IMG/VR virus record: IMGVR_UViG_2919015088_000005
Location: 12,365-76,364 of that record
From: a virus
Direction: 5' to 3' (one strand)
Length of the DNA: 64,000 nucleotides
Shown: one piece after another, positions 8,849 through 18,657 of the stretch
How the letters are laid out: each line of letters begins with the position of its first letter
Position numbering within the stretch: the first letter of the stretch is position 1
Program-made: the position numbers and the translations under genes
Notes under the pieces: generated by a model
What the model saw: the letters and a program-made list of their open reading frames with translations, nothing else
Databases searched by the model: none
Told to the model about the DNA's origin: nothing

Positions 8849-10408
8849 TTATGCGGCGCGGGGGGTGGCGGACGCAACGATCGAGACCGATTGACCGGCT
8901 TCGAGGTTGACGAGGAAGTAGCGGATCACGGACAGGTACTTGACCTGCACATCAGCCTGCATGTAGCCCAGGGCCACGCGGGCATCCGGGTTGTTTGCGG
9001 CATCGATCTGCACCGAGAAGGCCGGGCCGCCGTTGACGTCGCCGATCATCCCCTGCTGCACCAGCGTCTGGAGGAAGCTTTCCATGGTCGACTTGGTGGT
9101 ACGGCGCACATCCGGAGTTTGCAGCTGGCCGATCACACCGCCGAACGAGGCGGCAATGGTCAGCGAGATGAAGTTGGTCATCCGGGTGTAGTTGTCGCCG
9201 TTAACCGCCGAGTTGCTGGAGCAGTTCAGTCCGGACCGGTGGCCGAAGTAGCTGCCGCCTGGGCATGGATTGGTGATGACGTCGAGGCGCGCGGTGTTGA
9301 TCGCGCCGATTTCAGCAATGCTGTACGGCTGCTGGGCCAGGTTGCGCTGAGTCGATACCGCGTTGGTGATCGGCTTGTTCAGGGCATTCTGGTGAGGCGA
9401 CAGGGCGGCGATCTTGGCGGCGGCGAACGTGGCCGGCGCGATCATGCGCTGTTGACCGTTCACCTGGTCCTGCCAGTAGACCCAGTCGCCACACATAACC
9501 TTCAGCGCGTAGCTGTCACAGCCGGCGGTCGTCAGCGCGGTAGCGACGGTGGTGTAGGAAGCACCGGCAACGCCCTGAGTTACCGGGTAGCAACCTTCGG
9601 ACAGGCCGTAGGTCAGCATGGTTGGCCACTGGGTGCTGTCGGTGACGTCTACCAAGTTGGCGACTTGAGCGCCGGTACCGCGCAGCGCATACATGCCTTT
9701 GCGGGCGGAGCCGATAACGCCGTCCACGCCGACCAGAACAGCGTCGGTCAGAGTGGTATTACCGGATGTGCCGGAAGTGAACGCAACGGTCTGGGTCAGT
9801 GCGACCGGGGCCAGCGTAGTAGCGCCGACGGTGGCTACGACGAGCTGCGAAGGACCGCGAACGCCGGATTGGCCGTTGTTCACTGCGCTGACGATGTTCT
9901 GCCACAGCGCCAGACCGGAACCGGTGATGTTGTCGAACACTTCCGGCGATACGCCTGGCAGCGAGATAGTCAGCTTCCAGCTCGATGCTGCCGAACCAGT
10001 GGCCAGGGTCGCGCTGAGCGAGTTGCCCAGGGTGCCGGTGTAGAACGCGGTCAGGGTTGCACCAGTAGCAGCGGCAGTGTCCTTGAGCGTGCTGGTAGCC
10101 GCGGTGTCGGTGCCGTCAGTCACGCGCACGGCGCGGATGTTCGATGCGCCGATCTGGATCGACACAGCGATAGCGGTGCAGAGGTCATACTTGCGCACGG
10201 TCTGGGTGCCGAACTTCTGCGATGCATCACCGGGCGAGCCGATCAGAGTGGCGCTGTTTACCGGGCCCCAGTCAGCAATGCCGACAATGCCCAGAATGTC
10301 AGTGGCCACACCGTTGATGTAGCGCGTCTTCGGTGGAACGATCTGGATGTAGAGATCCGGGGCCTGAAGTGCCGCCGTGTTCAAGCTGCCTGCCGGGTAA
10401 ATGGGCAT
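8849..10408 (-). CDS. Tail sheath protein
   Basis: 519 aa; APDLYIQI N-terminus and sheath-type C-terminus. Confidence 0.9.
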   Translation of the reverse strand: MPIYPAGSLNTAALQAPDLYIQIVPPKTRYINGVATDILGIVGIADWGPVNSATLIGSPGDASQKFGTQTVRKYDLCTAIAVSIQIGASNIRAVRVTDGTDTAATSTLKDTAAATGATLTAFYTGTLGNSLSATLATGSAASSWKLTISLPGVSPEVFDNITGSGLALWQNIVSAVNNGQSGVRGPSQLVVATVGATTLAPVALTQTVAFTSGTSGNTTLTDAVLVGVDGVIGSARKGMYALRGTGAQVANLVDVTDSTQWPTMLTYGLSEGCYPVTQGVAGASYTTVATALTTAGCDSYALKVMCGDWVYWQDQVNGQQRMIAPATFAAAKIAALSPHQNALNKPITNAVSTQRNLAQQPYSIAEIGAINTARLDVITNPCPGGSYFGHRSGLNCSSNSAVNGDNYTRMTNFISLTIAASFGGVIGQLQTPDVRRTTKSTMESFLQTLVQQGMIGDVNGGPAFSVQIDAANNPDARVALGYMQADVQVKYLSVIRYFLVNLEAGQSVSIVASATPRAA

Positions 10409-10423
10409 GGCGTCCTCCTAATG

Positions 10424-10449
10424 AAAAAGCCGCCTCAGTGGGCGGCTTC
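10424..10449 (-). terminator. Rho-independent terminator-like hairpin
   Basis: AGCCGCC-N7-GGCGGCT stem followed by a T-run on the minus strand. Confidence 0.55.
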
Positions 10450-10469
10450 TTGTGTGTGGGTTTCGCTTG

Positions 10470-10658
10470 TTAGGCGTTGGCGACTTTCAGGACCTTGCCG
10501 TCGCAATCGCCGGCCAGGACGGCGGCGACTTCAGCGGTATCGGAGATTTCTTGGCCGACCTGGTAGTCAGCGAACGCAAACTTTACGACCAGCTTGTACG
10601 GGGCCGACTTAGTCTTCACAGCCGGGACGTCTGGGGTATCGCTCATGGTGGGCCTCAA
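10470..10658 (-). CDS. Small tail-associated hypothetical protein
   Basis: 62 aa between tail terminator and sheath genes. Confidence 0.55.
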   Translation of the reverse strand: MRPTMSDTPDVPAVKTKSAPYKLVVKFAFADYQVGQEISDTAEVAAVLAGDCDGKVLKVANA

Positions 10659-11476
10659 GGGTTTCGAATGATTTCAGGAAGCCCGGTCTGGGCGTTGTCG
10701 ATTTCCAGCACCGGCGCAATGACTTCAGCGGCCTGTAGCGTCTGTGTTGTTGCGTAATCGATGATGTAGAACAGGTCTACCCGGTACAGGTCGGCCTTTT
10801 GGAGCTGGTCGGTCATCAGCTGGCCGTTGCCGGTAATCACACCGAACGAGCCGTCAATGAACGAGATGTTGTTGCTGTCGGACAGCGCAGAGTCGAGCGG
10901 GCTTGCCACTGCGTCACGCGCCTGCGGGCTGTTTGCCCACACCGTTATCTGCACCGGCTGTTCCTGGCGTTTCGTCTCCTTGTAGGCAGTACCGAAGCCT
11001 CCGACCCTGGCAAAGACACCATGGGCGCCCGTGAGCGTGATAACCGGGCCAGCGCTAGTCGCGCCAGGGATCAGGTACGCAAGCGCCGTGGCTGCACTCG
11101 TGAGCGTGTCCGACTGCTGCACGGCATAGACATAGCTGGTGCCGTTCAGGTTGATCATGATGTTCTGGGCGCTGATCGTGCCGGAGAGGGTTACAACCGA
11201 TCCCGAGACAGTCATGACAAGCGTGTGAGCCGGCGCCGTCAGCGGAATCCATGAGCGACCCAGATAGCGGGTGGTGCTTCGGTCCTTGCCGTGCGAGTAC
11301 ACGCTGATGTGCACAACCCCTGCGGCCAGGTCGGCCTCAAGCTGTTCGGGCACAGGCCATCCTGGGTAAACCCGGGTAGGGAACCCGGCAACGCTTGGCT
11401 GCCCGGTCCCGCCTGGGTAGACGATGGCCGCGATCTGGGCCGCGACCTGCTTCAGTACGTCGGTCAGACTCGCCAT
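10655..11476 (-). CDS. Tail terminator/completion protein
   Basis: 273 aa; position in the neck module. Confidence 0.6.
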   Translation of the reverse strand: MASLTDVLKQVAAQIAAIVYPGGTGQPSVAGFPTRVYPGWPVPEQLEADLAAGVVHISVYSHGKDRSTTRYLGRSWIPLTAPAHTLVMTVSGSVVTLSGTISAQNIMINLNGTSYVYAVQQSDTLTSAATALAYLIPGATSAGPVITLTGAHGVFARVGGFGTAYKETKRQEQPVQITVWANSPQARDAVASPLDSALSDSNNISFIDGSFGVITGNGQLMTDQLQKADLYRVDLFYIIDYATTQTLQAAEVIAPVLEIDNAQTGLPEIIRNP

Positions 11477-11477
11477 A

Positions 11478-12116
11478 TCACACCTGCGCCTGCATTGCGG
11501 TAATGCGCCAGCCCATATCGGTCAGTTCAGCGCTCGAAATCACGTATTTCCGGCCCAGCTCGCACCGGATCACGTCGCTGGTACGCAGGACGATGCCAGG
11601 CCAAGCGGGCATGAGGATAAGCCACCACGGCGTTTTCACGTCCAGCGGCAGCTTGGCGTCGTTTGTCTCGCCCTTCGTGCCCTGCAAGATGCTGGCTGGC
11701 CAGCCCTGCATGAGCGCGGTCTCAGTTGCCCGAGTACCACCTGAGTACGCGCCAAGGCCAACACTCTGATCTTGGACATCACGCAGCACGCTAACGACGC
11801 GGTTCGCCTGAACGCAGTAGATCGGCAACGTGTCCTGCATGGCGGCGACAAAGAATGTTCCCTGTCGACCGACGAGGAAGTCGCCAACCTCAAACTCGCG
11901 AGCGTCAAACAGGCCAAGCCATGTCGCCTCGCCGTACTTGTTCGGCGCGGAGTAGCTGAAATTCGTGGTGAACGACGCAGGCAGCGTCTGCAAAGCGGTT
12001 GACGACAGCGGGTTACTGGCGCTCGTGGCGCGAAATTGCTGGTAGTCGAAACCGATACGCTTGGCTGCCTTGCCGTAACCGATGTAAATCTTGGCCTGGA
12101 GCTTCGTGCCGTCCAT
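11478..12116 (-). CDS. Head closure protein
   Basis: Start MDGTKLQAK; neck position; DVIRCELGRKYVISSAE. Confidence 0.6.
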   Translation of the reverse strand: MDGTKLQAKIYIGYGKAAKRIGFDYQQFRATSASNPLSSTALQTLPASFTTNFSYSAPNKYGEATWLGLFDAREFEVGDFLVGRQGTFFVAAMQDTLPIYCVQANRVVSVLRDVQDQSVGLGAYSGGTRATETALMQGWPASILQGTKGETNDAKLPLDVKTPWWLILMPAWPGIVLRTSDVIRCELGRKYVISSAELTDMGWRITAMQAQV

Positions 12117-12117
12117 G

Positions 12118-12510
12118 TCACCCCCTGGCCATACTGATCCCGCCATTGCCCAGCGACGGGCCTGGCGGAACACCGAGGAAGCCGCACAACTCGCGGCGCC
12201 AGATCCGATACAGGCTCATCCTGTCCGAAACCTCGTTCTTGTTGTGCACCCAGACGGCAGCCTGGTCGGTGTCCAGGTTCTCGGTAGACGACAGCACATC
12301 AGCCTCAAGGCCTGCGATTTTGGTCAGGAAGGCCGTCATCGTGACGATCTCTTCCGGGCGCAGGCTGTCGAGCCGGTGATTCAGCGTCTGCCAAATCATC
12401 GGAGCCACCCAGCCCCATGCGGTGTCGCGGCGGTCATCGAGCGTCACGTCACCCTGCATCGGGTAGCCGGCATAGCGGCGGGCGTCCGACTTTTGCTGAT
12501 CGGTAAGCAT
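12118..12510 (-). CDS. Head-tail connector
   Basis: 130 aa; first neck gene. Confidence 0.6.
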   Translation of the reverse strand: MLTDQQKSDARRYAGYPMQGDVTLDDRRDTAWGWVAPMIWQTLNHRLDSLRPEEIVTMTAFLTKIAGLEADVLSSTENLDTDQAAVWVHNKNEVSDRMSLYRIWRRELCGFLGVPPGPSLGNGGISMARG

Positions 12511-12550
12511 GCGCGGCTCCGTATTCAGTATTGGCGCTGTGACTGCCTAA

Positions 12551-14197
12551 TTACAGGCTAGCCACAACTGGGGCGATGATGCCCGCGACGATTGCATACC
12601 CGGCATCGGTCAAATGGATTTGATCGGCAGCGAAATACGTCAGGTTTGTTGGGTCTTTCAAGCGGCTGTCAGAAGCTACGTCTGCGATCCCATCGGCAAA
12701 GCTCGCGTAGTTGTCTCGGATCAGGCCGTTAACAGCAAAATAGTCGACTCCAAACCCCGCGTAGCTGCCAAGGCGAGGCAAACAAGTAGCTACCACCACC
12801 TTGTAGCCGCGCGCCTGTCGCGCCTTGCAGTAGGCGACGATCTTGTCATAGGCCGCTGCGCTGCTGGAGCTTGTCGCAAGCGTGTTGGTTACTTCCCATG
12901 CCACGCAGATATTCTTTGGCGTGGCCGCCGGGAGCCAAAACAGGTCGCCAAAGGCTGGCGTCCCGGAAAGCATCTGGTCGGTGGTTCGCCCAGGGAATGC
13001 ATCCGTGCGGACGTCGTAGTTATTGGCGCCCAACAGGCTCCACAGCACACTTGGGTAGTTGGTTCCGGTCACAGACGTTGCCTGGGTCGGGCCGCCGGTG
13101 CTGTTCGTACCAGATGTCAGGCTGTTGCCAGCACACAGCACGAACTTCTTGGAGTGGAAACCCCACTTTGCCGCCAGATAGTCATAAACCATCCGGTATT
13201 GCTCGTTGGTGAGCGCGGTATTCCAGATCAGAATTTCACTGATGCTGCCGGGCCATGCAAAACCGCCGGCTGCGATGTCGCCAATGGTCAAAACGCCGGT
13301 CAAGCCAAGCGTGCCAGTCGCGGTGATGACGTTGTTATTGGCAGAAGCGCCGCCTGGCGCAGCACTGACCGAGTTGAAATATCGGTCATATTCGTAGGTG
13401 AACGATGTTGCGCGATAGACCAGAGCGTCGATCCCGCTCGTATTGACATAGGGGGTGATCGACGGCGCCGGAGAAACACCAGCAAGCGAAAAGCTGCTGC
13501 TTTTGGCTGAATCATTGCGCTGCAAGTACAGGCGGTTCGAGGCAGAGCCAAGGACGACCTTGTTGGCCGCACCACCACTCGCGGCGCTGACGATGAAGAT
13601 GGTCATCCCTGTGTCGTAAGTGCTATCCAGAAACGACGGGGTGACGAACTTGCTGTTGCCGTTAAAATTGATCGTCGGCCGGCCATTCATGCCTGTTGGG
13701 CTGTAGGTCGGGAATGTTCCGCTAGCCGTGCCGGAGTTGCTGTTGCCGCTCCGATCAGGCCATATTCCGATCTGATCGCCACTGTTGGCGACCTTTGCGG
13801 CATAGCTGGCGGTGTACATGGGCTGAGATGCGTCGAGCCACATCTTCAGGCCTGGAATCTGGTCAGGGGTTATCGATACTGCCGAGCTGGTAGCCAAAAG
13901 CTTGTTCAGCGAGCTATCGACGGCCAGGACCTTGTTGTTGTCAGTGCTGACTGTGACGCTGCCGGTAGCGCACGTAACCAGAAAGCGCTGCTGTCCAGTG
14001 AACGGGCCAATAGAAGAAAGCCCGTTTGCATCTACAGGCCAAGACTTGATTGCGTTATTACCACCCAGCGCTTGGTCAAGGCGATAAATGACGCCGACGG
14101 TGCCTGCCACTCCCTGTGCACTTAGGGTGTAGCCCTCATCTAGCGTTACTACCGCTTTGTCGCCGGCCGAAATGGTCTTCATCGCTTGTTCCTTCAC
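12551..14197 (-). CDS. Multi-domain protein: LamG/concanavalin-like domain plus SGNH/GDSL hydrolase; possible head fibre
   Basis: LKMWLDAS...GSISEILIWNTALT (LamG-like); GNSLT, WEVTN and DQIH match SGNH blocks I, III and V; sits inside the head module. Confidence 0.7.
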   Translation of the reverse strand: MKEQAMKTISAGDKAVVTLDEGYTLSAQGVAGTVGVIYRLDQALGGNNAIKSWPVDANGLSSIGPFTGQQRFLVTCATGSVTVSTDNNKVLAVDSSLNKLLATSSAVSITPDQIPGLKMWLDASQPMYTASYAAKVANSGDQIGIWPDRSGNSNSGTASGTFPTYSPTGMNGRPTINFNGNSKFVTPSFLDSTYDTGMTIFIVSAASGGAANKVVLGSASNRLYLQRNDSAKSSSFSLAGVSPAPSITPYVNTSGIDALVYRATSFTYEYDRYFNSVSAAPGGASANNNVITATGTLGLTGVLTIGDIAAGGFAWPGSISEILIWNTALTNEQYRMVYDYLAAKWGFHSKKFVLCAGNSLTSGTNSTGGPTQATSVTGTNYPSVLWSLLGANNYDVRTDAFPGRTTDQMLSGTPAFGDLFWLPAATPKNICVAWEVTNTLATSSSSAAAYDKIVAYCKARQARGYKVVVATCLPRLGSYAGFGVDYFAVNGLIRDNYASFADGIADVASDSRLKDPTNLTYFAADQIHLTDAGYAIVAGIIAPVVASL

Positions 14198-14219
14198 ATG
14201 TTGGCTTTCGATTTAACGC

Positions 14220-14465
14220 TTACACGGATGCGTCGAGCAGGGCCTGGAGAACGGCTTGGTCTGCGTCATTTTCGAAGGCAATGCCTTTCTCGGTCAGGGC
14301 GGCCTTGGTATCGGCAAGCAGCTTGGCCGCTTTCACTTCTCTGGAAGAAGGCTTTTTGCTGCCGTACAGCTCGTGAACGTTTTCGTCGAAGTCTGACTCG
14401 TTGATCAGCACAAAATCGCCCTGGCCTTCGCCCCACGGTTTCACTTGAATGGTGTTGTCGCTCAT
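14220..14465 (-). CDS. Small head-associated protein
   Basis: 81 aa immediately after the capsid gene. Confidence 0.55.
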   Translation of the reverse strand: MSDNTIQVKPWGEGQGDFVLINESDFDENVHELYGSKKPSSREVKAAKLLADTKAALTEKGIAFENDADQAVLQALLDASV

Positions 14466-14516
14466 GCTCTTCTCCAGGAAGGGATGAGCCCGAGGCCGAA
14501 GCCACGGGCGCAGTCA

Positions 14517-15671
14517 TTACGCCAACAGCAGCGCGGTGTGTTCCGGTTTGACCATCGCAACACCCCAGGCCAGTGCGATCTCGTACTGGATCTGGCGATA
14601 TTGCTTGTACAGCGAGATCTCGAACGACAGGCCACTCACCGGGTCGGTGATGATCATGCGGTCGGAGGCGCTGTCGCCGCCTTCTGGCAGTGCTGGTGCA
14701 CGGGTGGCAACAGCCAGGGCCGAGCGGGCAAATGCCATGTTGCGAGTAGTCGCGGCGATGACGGTGATCGCGGTTGCGGCAGCCGGAATCGCCTTGCGCA
14801 GGCCTGGAGCAGCCAGAACGATGGTGCCGCCGTTCGAGACGTCAGTGTCACCGGTCAATACGACGTACTTGTTGGTGTCGCCGGCGAAGGTGATCACGTC
14901 ACCAGCCAGAACAGTGCCGGTACCGGCCGAGGCCAGGCCGATCGAGGTAGCGCCAACGGCATAACCGGTAGTGTTGGTAGTTGCGGATGCGCCAGTACCA
15001 GCGATCACGGTCTTGACCTGGGCGGATTCGCGGATAGCGAAGCCGTGCACATCGAGCAGCACGCCACGACGCAGCAACGAGGTATCAGCGGCTTCGTTCG
15101 CCTTGGTCAGTTGACCCAAGGTGCGCATGCTGGCGCCGGCGGTGGTGTCCAGCACCATCTGCAGGTCGCTCATTGGCGCACCGTTGTCCGAAAGGATTTT
15201 GCGCATCTGCGCGGCTTCTGCCAGGTTGGTGGCGAACGGAACGGTACCTGGGGTGCCGTAGGCGCGGGACGACTTCAGGCACAGGTTGGCGATGTCGGAC
15301 TCTACTTCGTTGACCAGAGCACGCATGCCCTGGGCGAGCTGGTCGCGCAGGATCACGTTGTACGAGGCGCCGTTGTTGTCCAGGCCGCGTTTCTCTTCAC
15401 CGTTCCAACGCACCGGTACACGGCGAGCCTTGGTGATGGTCATCGACACGGAGCCGATGGTCTGGTCGCCGTCGTTTGGCGGTGTCACAGCCGGAGTGAT
15501 GTCGGTCGCGGTCGCGGCCGGCGCCACTGGCGAGGTAACGGTTTGACCCACGGCGGCGCGGTCGTAGGTCATGTCGGACGACACGGCGGGGATGAAGCCC
15601 ACCAGTTCGCGCGAGACGACGTCCAGCGCGTTGTAGATGGTGGTTGTCAGGCCGGTGAGAGTGTTGCTCAT
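14517..15671 (-). CDS. Major capsid protein (P22-coat-like)
   Basis: 384 aa after the scaffold gene; ends WGVAMVKPEHTALLLA. Confidence 0.85.
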   Translation of the reverse strand: MSNTLTGLTTTIYNALDVVSRELVGFIPAVSSDMTYDRAAVGQTVTSPVAPAATATDITPAVTPPNDGDQTIGSVSMTITKARRVPVRWNGEEKRGLDNNGASYNVILRDQLAQGMRALVNEVESDIANLCLKSSRAYGTPGTVPFATNLAEAAQMRKILSDNGAPMSDLQMVLDTTAGASMRTLGQLTKANEAADTSLLRRGVLLDVHGFAIRESAQVKTVIAGTGASATTNTTGYAVGATSIGLASAGTGTVLAGDVITFAGDTNKYVVLTGDTDVSNGGTIVLAAPGLRKAIPAAATAITVIAATTRNMAFARSALAVATRAPALPEGGDSASDRMIITDPVSGLSFEISLYKQYRQIQYEIALAWGVAMVKPEHTALLLA

Positions 15672-15686
15672 GGATTACTCCTGGGA

Positions 15687-16445
15687 TCAGTCGGTAACAT
15701 CACCGCCCGCAGACACGTGCGCATGCTTGCCCACTGGGTCAAGTGCGTCGAACTGAGAGCGAGAGAGGGATTTTTTGCCGTTGCCGCCATTCCCACCGTT
15801 GTTAGAAGCGCCGGAGCCAGAAGCCCCGGAGCCCTTCAAGATGTGATCGCGGTGCGGGTATTGCTCAACAAGGGTTTCGATTGCTTCATCGAAGTCAGCG
15901 ATTTCACCTGGACGCGCGCGGCTGAATATCTTGTTGCCGTGGTTGTCGTAGGCGACAGTTTTGCCGTCTTCGATCTTGAAGGCGGAGCCGAAACGGGACT
16001 GGACCAGGTCTGCGGGGATTGCCAGCTTCTCGCCGATGTACTTGGAACGGCTGAATGCACCGCCGATCTTTTCTTCGTAGAGCTGCTTTTCGAACGTCGA
16101 TGCTTTTGTGCCGAGATCATCGAGCTGGGCCTGATAGGCTTTGCTGATTTCACCCTTCACCTTTTCGATCTCACCGGCATCCACCAGCTTTTTTGAGTCG
16201 AGGTTTGCAACGATTTCAAGGGCCTTCTTGGCGGCAGCACCGTCCTCGATGCCATCGAACGCTTTCAGGGCCTTTTCAGCCGCTTCTTTGCCTTCGCGGT
16301 GGGTCTTGGCTTCGGTGTTCAGCCGGGTAATCGTGGCGACGGTGCTGACCGCATCAAATGCGACCTCTTTGCCATCGTCGTGCACATACACAGGCTTGCC
16401 GTCTTGCAGAACTGCGTGGCCTTGGTCATCCAATTTCAGTTTCAT
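15687..16445 (-). CDS. Capsid scaffolding protein
   Basis: MKLKLDDQGHAVLQDGKPVY..., coiled coil, GSGASG-rich C-terminus; upstream of capsid. Confidence 0.8.
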   Translation of the reverse strand: MKLKLDDQGHAVLQDGKPVYVHDDGKEVAFDAVSTVATITRLNTEAKTHREGKEAAEKALKAFDGIEDGAAAKKALEIVANLDSKKLVDAGEIEKVKGEISKAYQAQLDDLGTKASTFEKQLYEEKIGGAFSRSKYIGEKLAIPADLVQSRFGSAFKIEDGKTVAYDNHGNKIFSRARPGEIADFDEAIETLVEQYPHRDHILKGSGASGSGASNNGGNGGNGKKSLSRSQFDALDPVGKHAHVSAGGDVTD

Positions 16446-16572
16446 TGATGCTTCTCCGGGCATCCGCCCATTTGTTGAGCCATCCGGCCCGCTGCGGCGC
16501 TATCCATCCGGAATCGCGCCCAATAAAAAGCCCCGTCATTGACGAGGCTTGTGTGAATCGTTTTTGCTGCAC

Positions 16573-17205
16573 TCAGGCAGCGGTATCGGCGATGACGTCG
16601 TCATAACGCTTACTGAGGATGAATGCGTACTCAGTCATTGCCTTACGCTGGAGTTTCATATCCTCAAGCACTTCGACAGGCAATGTGCTGGACTTGTCTC
16701 CATCCAAGAATGCACCTAACTTTTCCAGGCGCTGCATGAGCTCGTCGCGCTCTAACTTCATCCGGTCAATAAAGCTTGTTTGGGCCGCAGCCCCACACCC
16801 TGCGCAGGTGCCCGAGCCGCAAAAAGAACATCCAGACAGCCTTTCCTTAAGCGCATAGCCCATCAGCGGCCATATTTTCTGCTCGGCATTCTTGCGGGCG
16901 ATCTTGCGACCAATCTCAGCGTTGAAGTTCTCCGGGCTGGCGCAGGCTGACTCACCGGTGACAGTGAAGCCGTTCTTCAGCACGAGTACGCAAAAGGTCA
17001 GCAGGCCGAGCGCGGAGCCTGTTTGCGTGCTGGGACTGCCGCCTACTGGATGGACGTCGCCACCGTTAAGGTATGCACCCATGACGCCTTCAAGCGCCGT
17101 GAAGTAGTGCTCGCTGGCGATGTTGGCTTGCAGATCTCCAGGGGTGACGCGCGGCGCATTCAGGCCATTCGCTTGGATTGCTTTTTCAATTGCTTCGTCG
17201 TTCAT
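16573..17205 (-). CDS. Gp49 (N4 gp49/Sf6 gp66)-family protein with an added C-terminal helical domain
   Basis: LTFCVLVLKNGFTVTGESACASPENFNAEIGRKIA motif; Cys-rich linker; RMKLERDELMQRLEKL domain. Confidence 0.7.
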   Translation of the reverse strand: MNDEAIEKAIQANGLNAPRVTPGDLQANIASEHYFTALEGVMGAYLNGGDVHPVGGSPSTQTGSALGLLTFCVLVLKNGFTVTGESACASPENFNAEIGRKIARKNAEQKIWPLMGYALKERLSGCSFCGSGTCAGCGAAAQTSFIDRMKLERDELMQRLEKLGAFLDGDKSSTLPVEVLEDMKLQRKAMTEYAFILSKRYDDVIADTAA

Positions 17206-17262
17206 GGATTCTCCGCCCATAAAAAAGCCCCGGCGGGTGCCAGGGCTGTATTCGATGTTCGT

Positions 17263-18657
17263 TTACTGCTGCGCGGTAGTCGGCTGCACTGCTTTCGCAG
17301 GCTGGGCAGCCACCTTGGCCTTTTCCGCCTCCCAGTCGAGCTCATCGCTGAGCATCCCGCGGCGCTGCACTTCTTCGAACAGGCTTTGGTCGGACAGGAT
17401 CTGCGCCTTGTTGAGGCTCAGCAGGAACGGCATGGTCAGCTCAGGGGCGAAATCGATGTCGAAGTTACCCTTGACCTTGACGTGTCCACCCTCGCCGGCC
17501 TTCATCCAGTCAGCGAAGAACTGAAGCACTTGGTCGAGCGCATCCTCAAGCTGCCCAGCCATGGTCTGGAGCGGGCTCATCTCCTGACAGGCCTCTTCCT
17601 CGGCCTGCGTGGCCGTCTTGACAGACTGCTTTTCCTTCTGGAGCAGCTTGGCCCCAGCCAGGCGCATGTCATCGACCAGGTCAAGCAGCGACTGCCGGCC
17701 CGCCTCGATAGCTTTGCCGGTGTGCTCGACCCACTTCATGTCGGCTTTGATTGGCAATTTGGTGGCCGATCCAGCGCCGACTGTGATGTCGACGCCTTCC
17801 TCGATACCGATAACCGCAAGCATAGGCACCCGGGCAACGTGCAGGATGTTGTCTTGGTCGCTTTGGGACTGCCAATGCTTGATGTTCATGTTCGCCAGCT
17901 CAAGAAGCGGCGGTGTAGCGGTCATGAAGCCGGTACGCTTGGTGTAGAAGGTTGTCAGCGGTATTTCAGTCAGGCTTGTGAGCCCTTCTGCGTTCTTCTG
18001 CCAGGTCTTCGCACCCTTGCCGTCATCCACTTCGATGTACGTGGCCCAGGCGCCAGGAACCAGCACGCGGATCTGCACGACACTCTTGGTGCCGAACTCG
18101 CCGTCATCGACCTCAACGCATTCCATGTAGCGGAACTGTGTCAGGACCTGCTGGCCGCCCTTGTTGGCAGACCGCCAGCCCAGGACTTGCCCGGGCTTGA
18201 TGATCACCGCGTAAGGGCGCACACCGGCAGACTTCTCGTCAGCCTTGGTCTTGAGGCCGTCAGCTTGCGGATAGTCAGCCAACACGTGGCACAGTCCATG
18301 AGACAGGCCGATGCTGAACAGCGACTGCGCCCAGACCTGCAGGTTGTTGCCCTGGAGGTCGAAGTCCTCGGCCATCTCTTCGATAGGCTCGGGCACGTCC
18401 TCTGTCAGCGTGATCGGATCGGCAAATACGCGCCCGGTCATGTTCTGTACGGTCTCGCTGTACGCGGGCAGCAGCGTTGAGGTCTTGAGACGGGACTGAT
18501 AAGCATCCGACTCTTCCTTCGGCCATTTCGGCAGATAGGTCACGCCAGCCTTGCGCATGGCCCTTGTGCCACCCATGAGAGCGTCAACAATGGCCCAGTC
18601 CTGTCGCATTTCGTCTACGACAGGGAGCGTTTTGCTCGGGTCATCACTCATATTCAC
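17263..18657 (-). CDS. Portal protein (DUF4055-like)
   Basis: 464 aa after TerL; YLPKWPKEESDAYQSRLKTSTL motif. Confidence 0.85.
   Translation of the reverse strand: MNMSDDPSKTLPVVDEMRQDWAIVDALMGGTRAMRKAGVTYLPKWPKEESDAYQSRLKTSTLLPAYSETVQNMTGRVFADPITLTEDVPEPIEEMAEDFDLQGNNLQVWAQSLFSIGLSHGLCHVLADYPQADGLKTKADEKSAGVRPYAVIIKPGQVLGWRSANKGGQQVLTQFRYMECVEVDDGEFGTKSVVQIRVLVPGAWATYIEVDDGKGAKTWQKNAEGLTSLTEIPLTTFYTKRTGFMTATPPLLELANMNIKHWQSQSDQDNILHVARVPMLAVIGIEEGVDITVGAGSATKLPIKADMKWVEHTGKAIEAGRQSLLDLVDDMRLAGAKLLQKEKQSVKTATQAEEEACQEMSPLQTMAGQLEDALDQVLQFFADWMKAGEGGHVKVKGNFDIDFAPELTMPFLLSLNKAQILSDQSLFEEVQRRGMLSDELDWEAEKAKVAAQPAKAVQPTTAQQ

Noticed and set aside
8891-10612. 573-aa + strand ORF
   Set aside because: Antisense shadow of the sheath gene, as expected in high-GC DNA; no recognisable motifs.
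14445-16196. 583-aa + strand ORF
   Set aside because: Antisense shadow of the capsid and scaffold genes.
17023-18480. 485-aa + strand ORF
   Set aside because: Antisense shadow of the portal gene.
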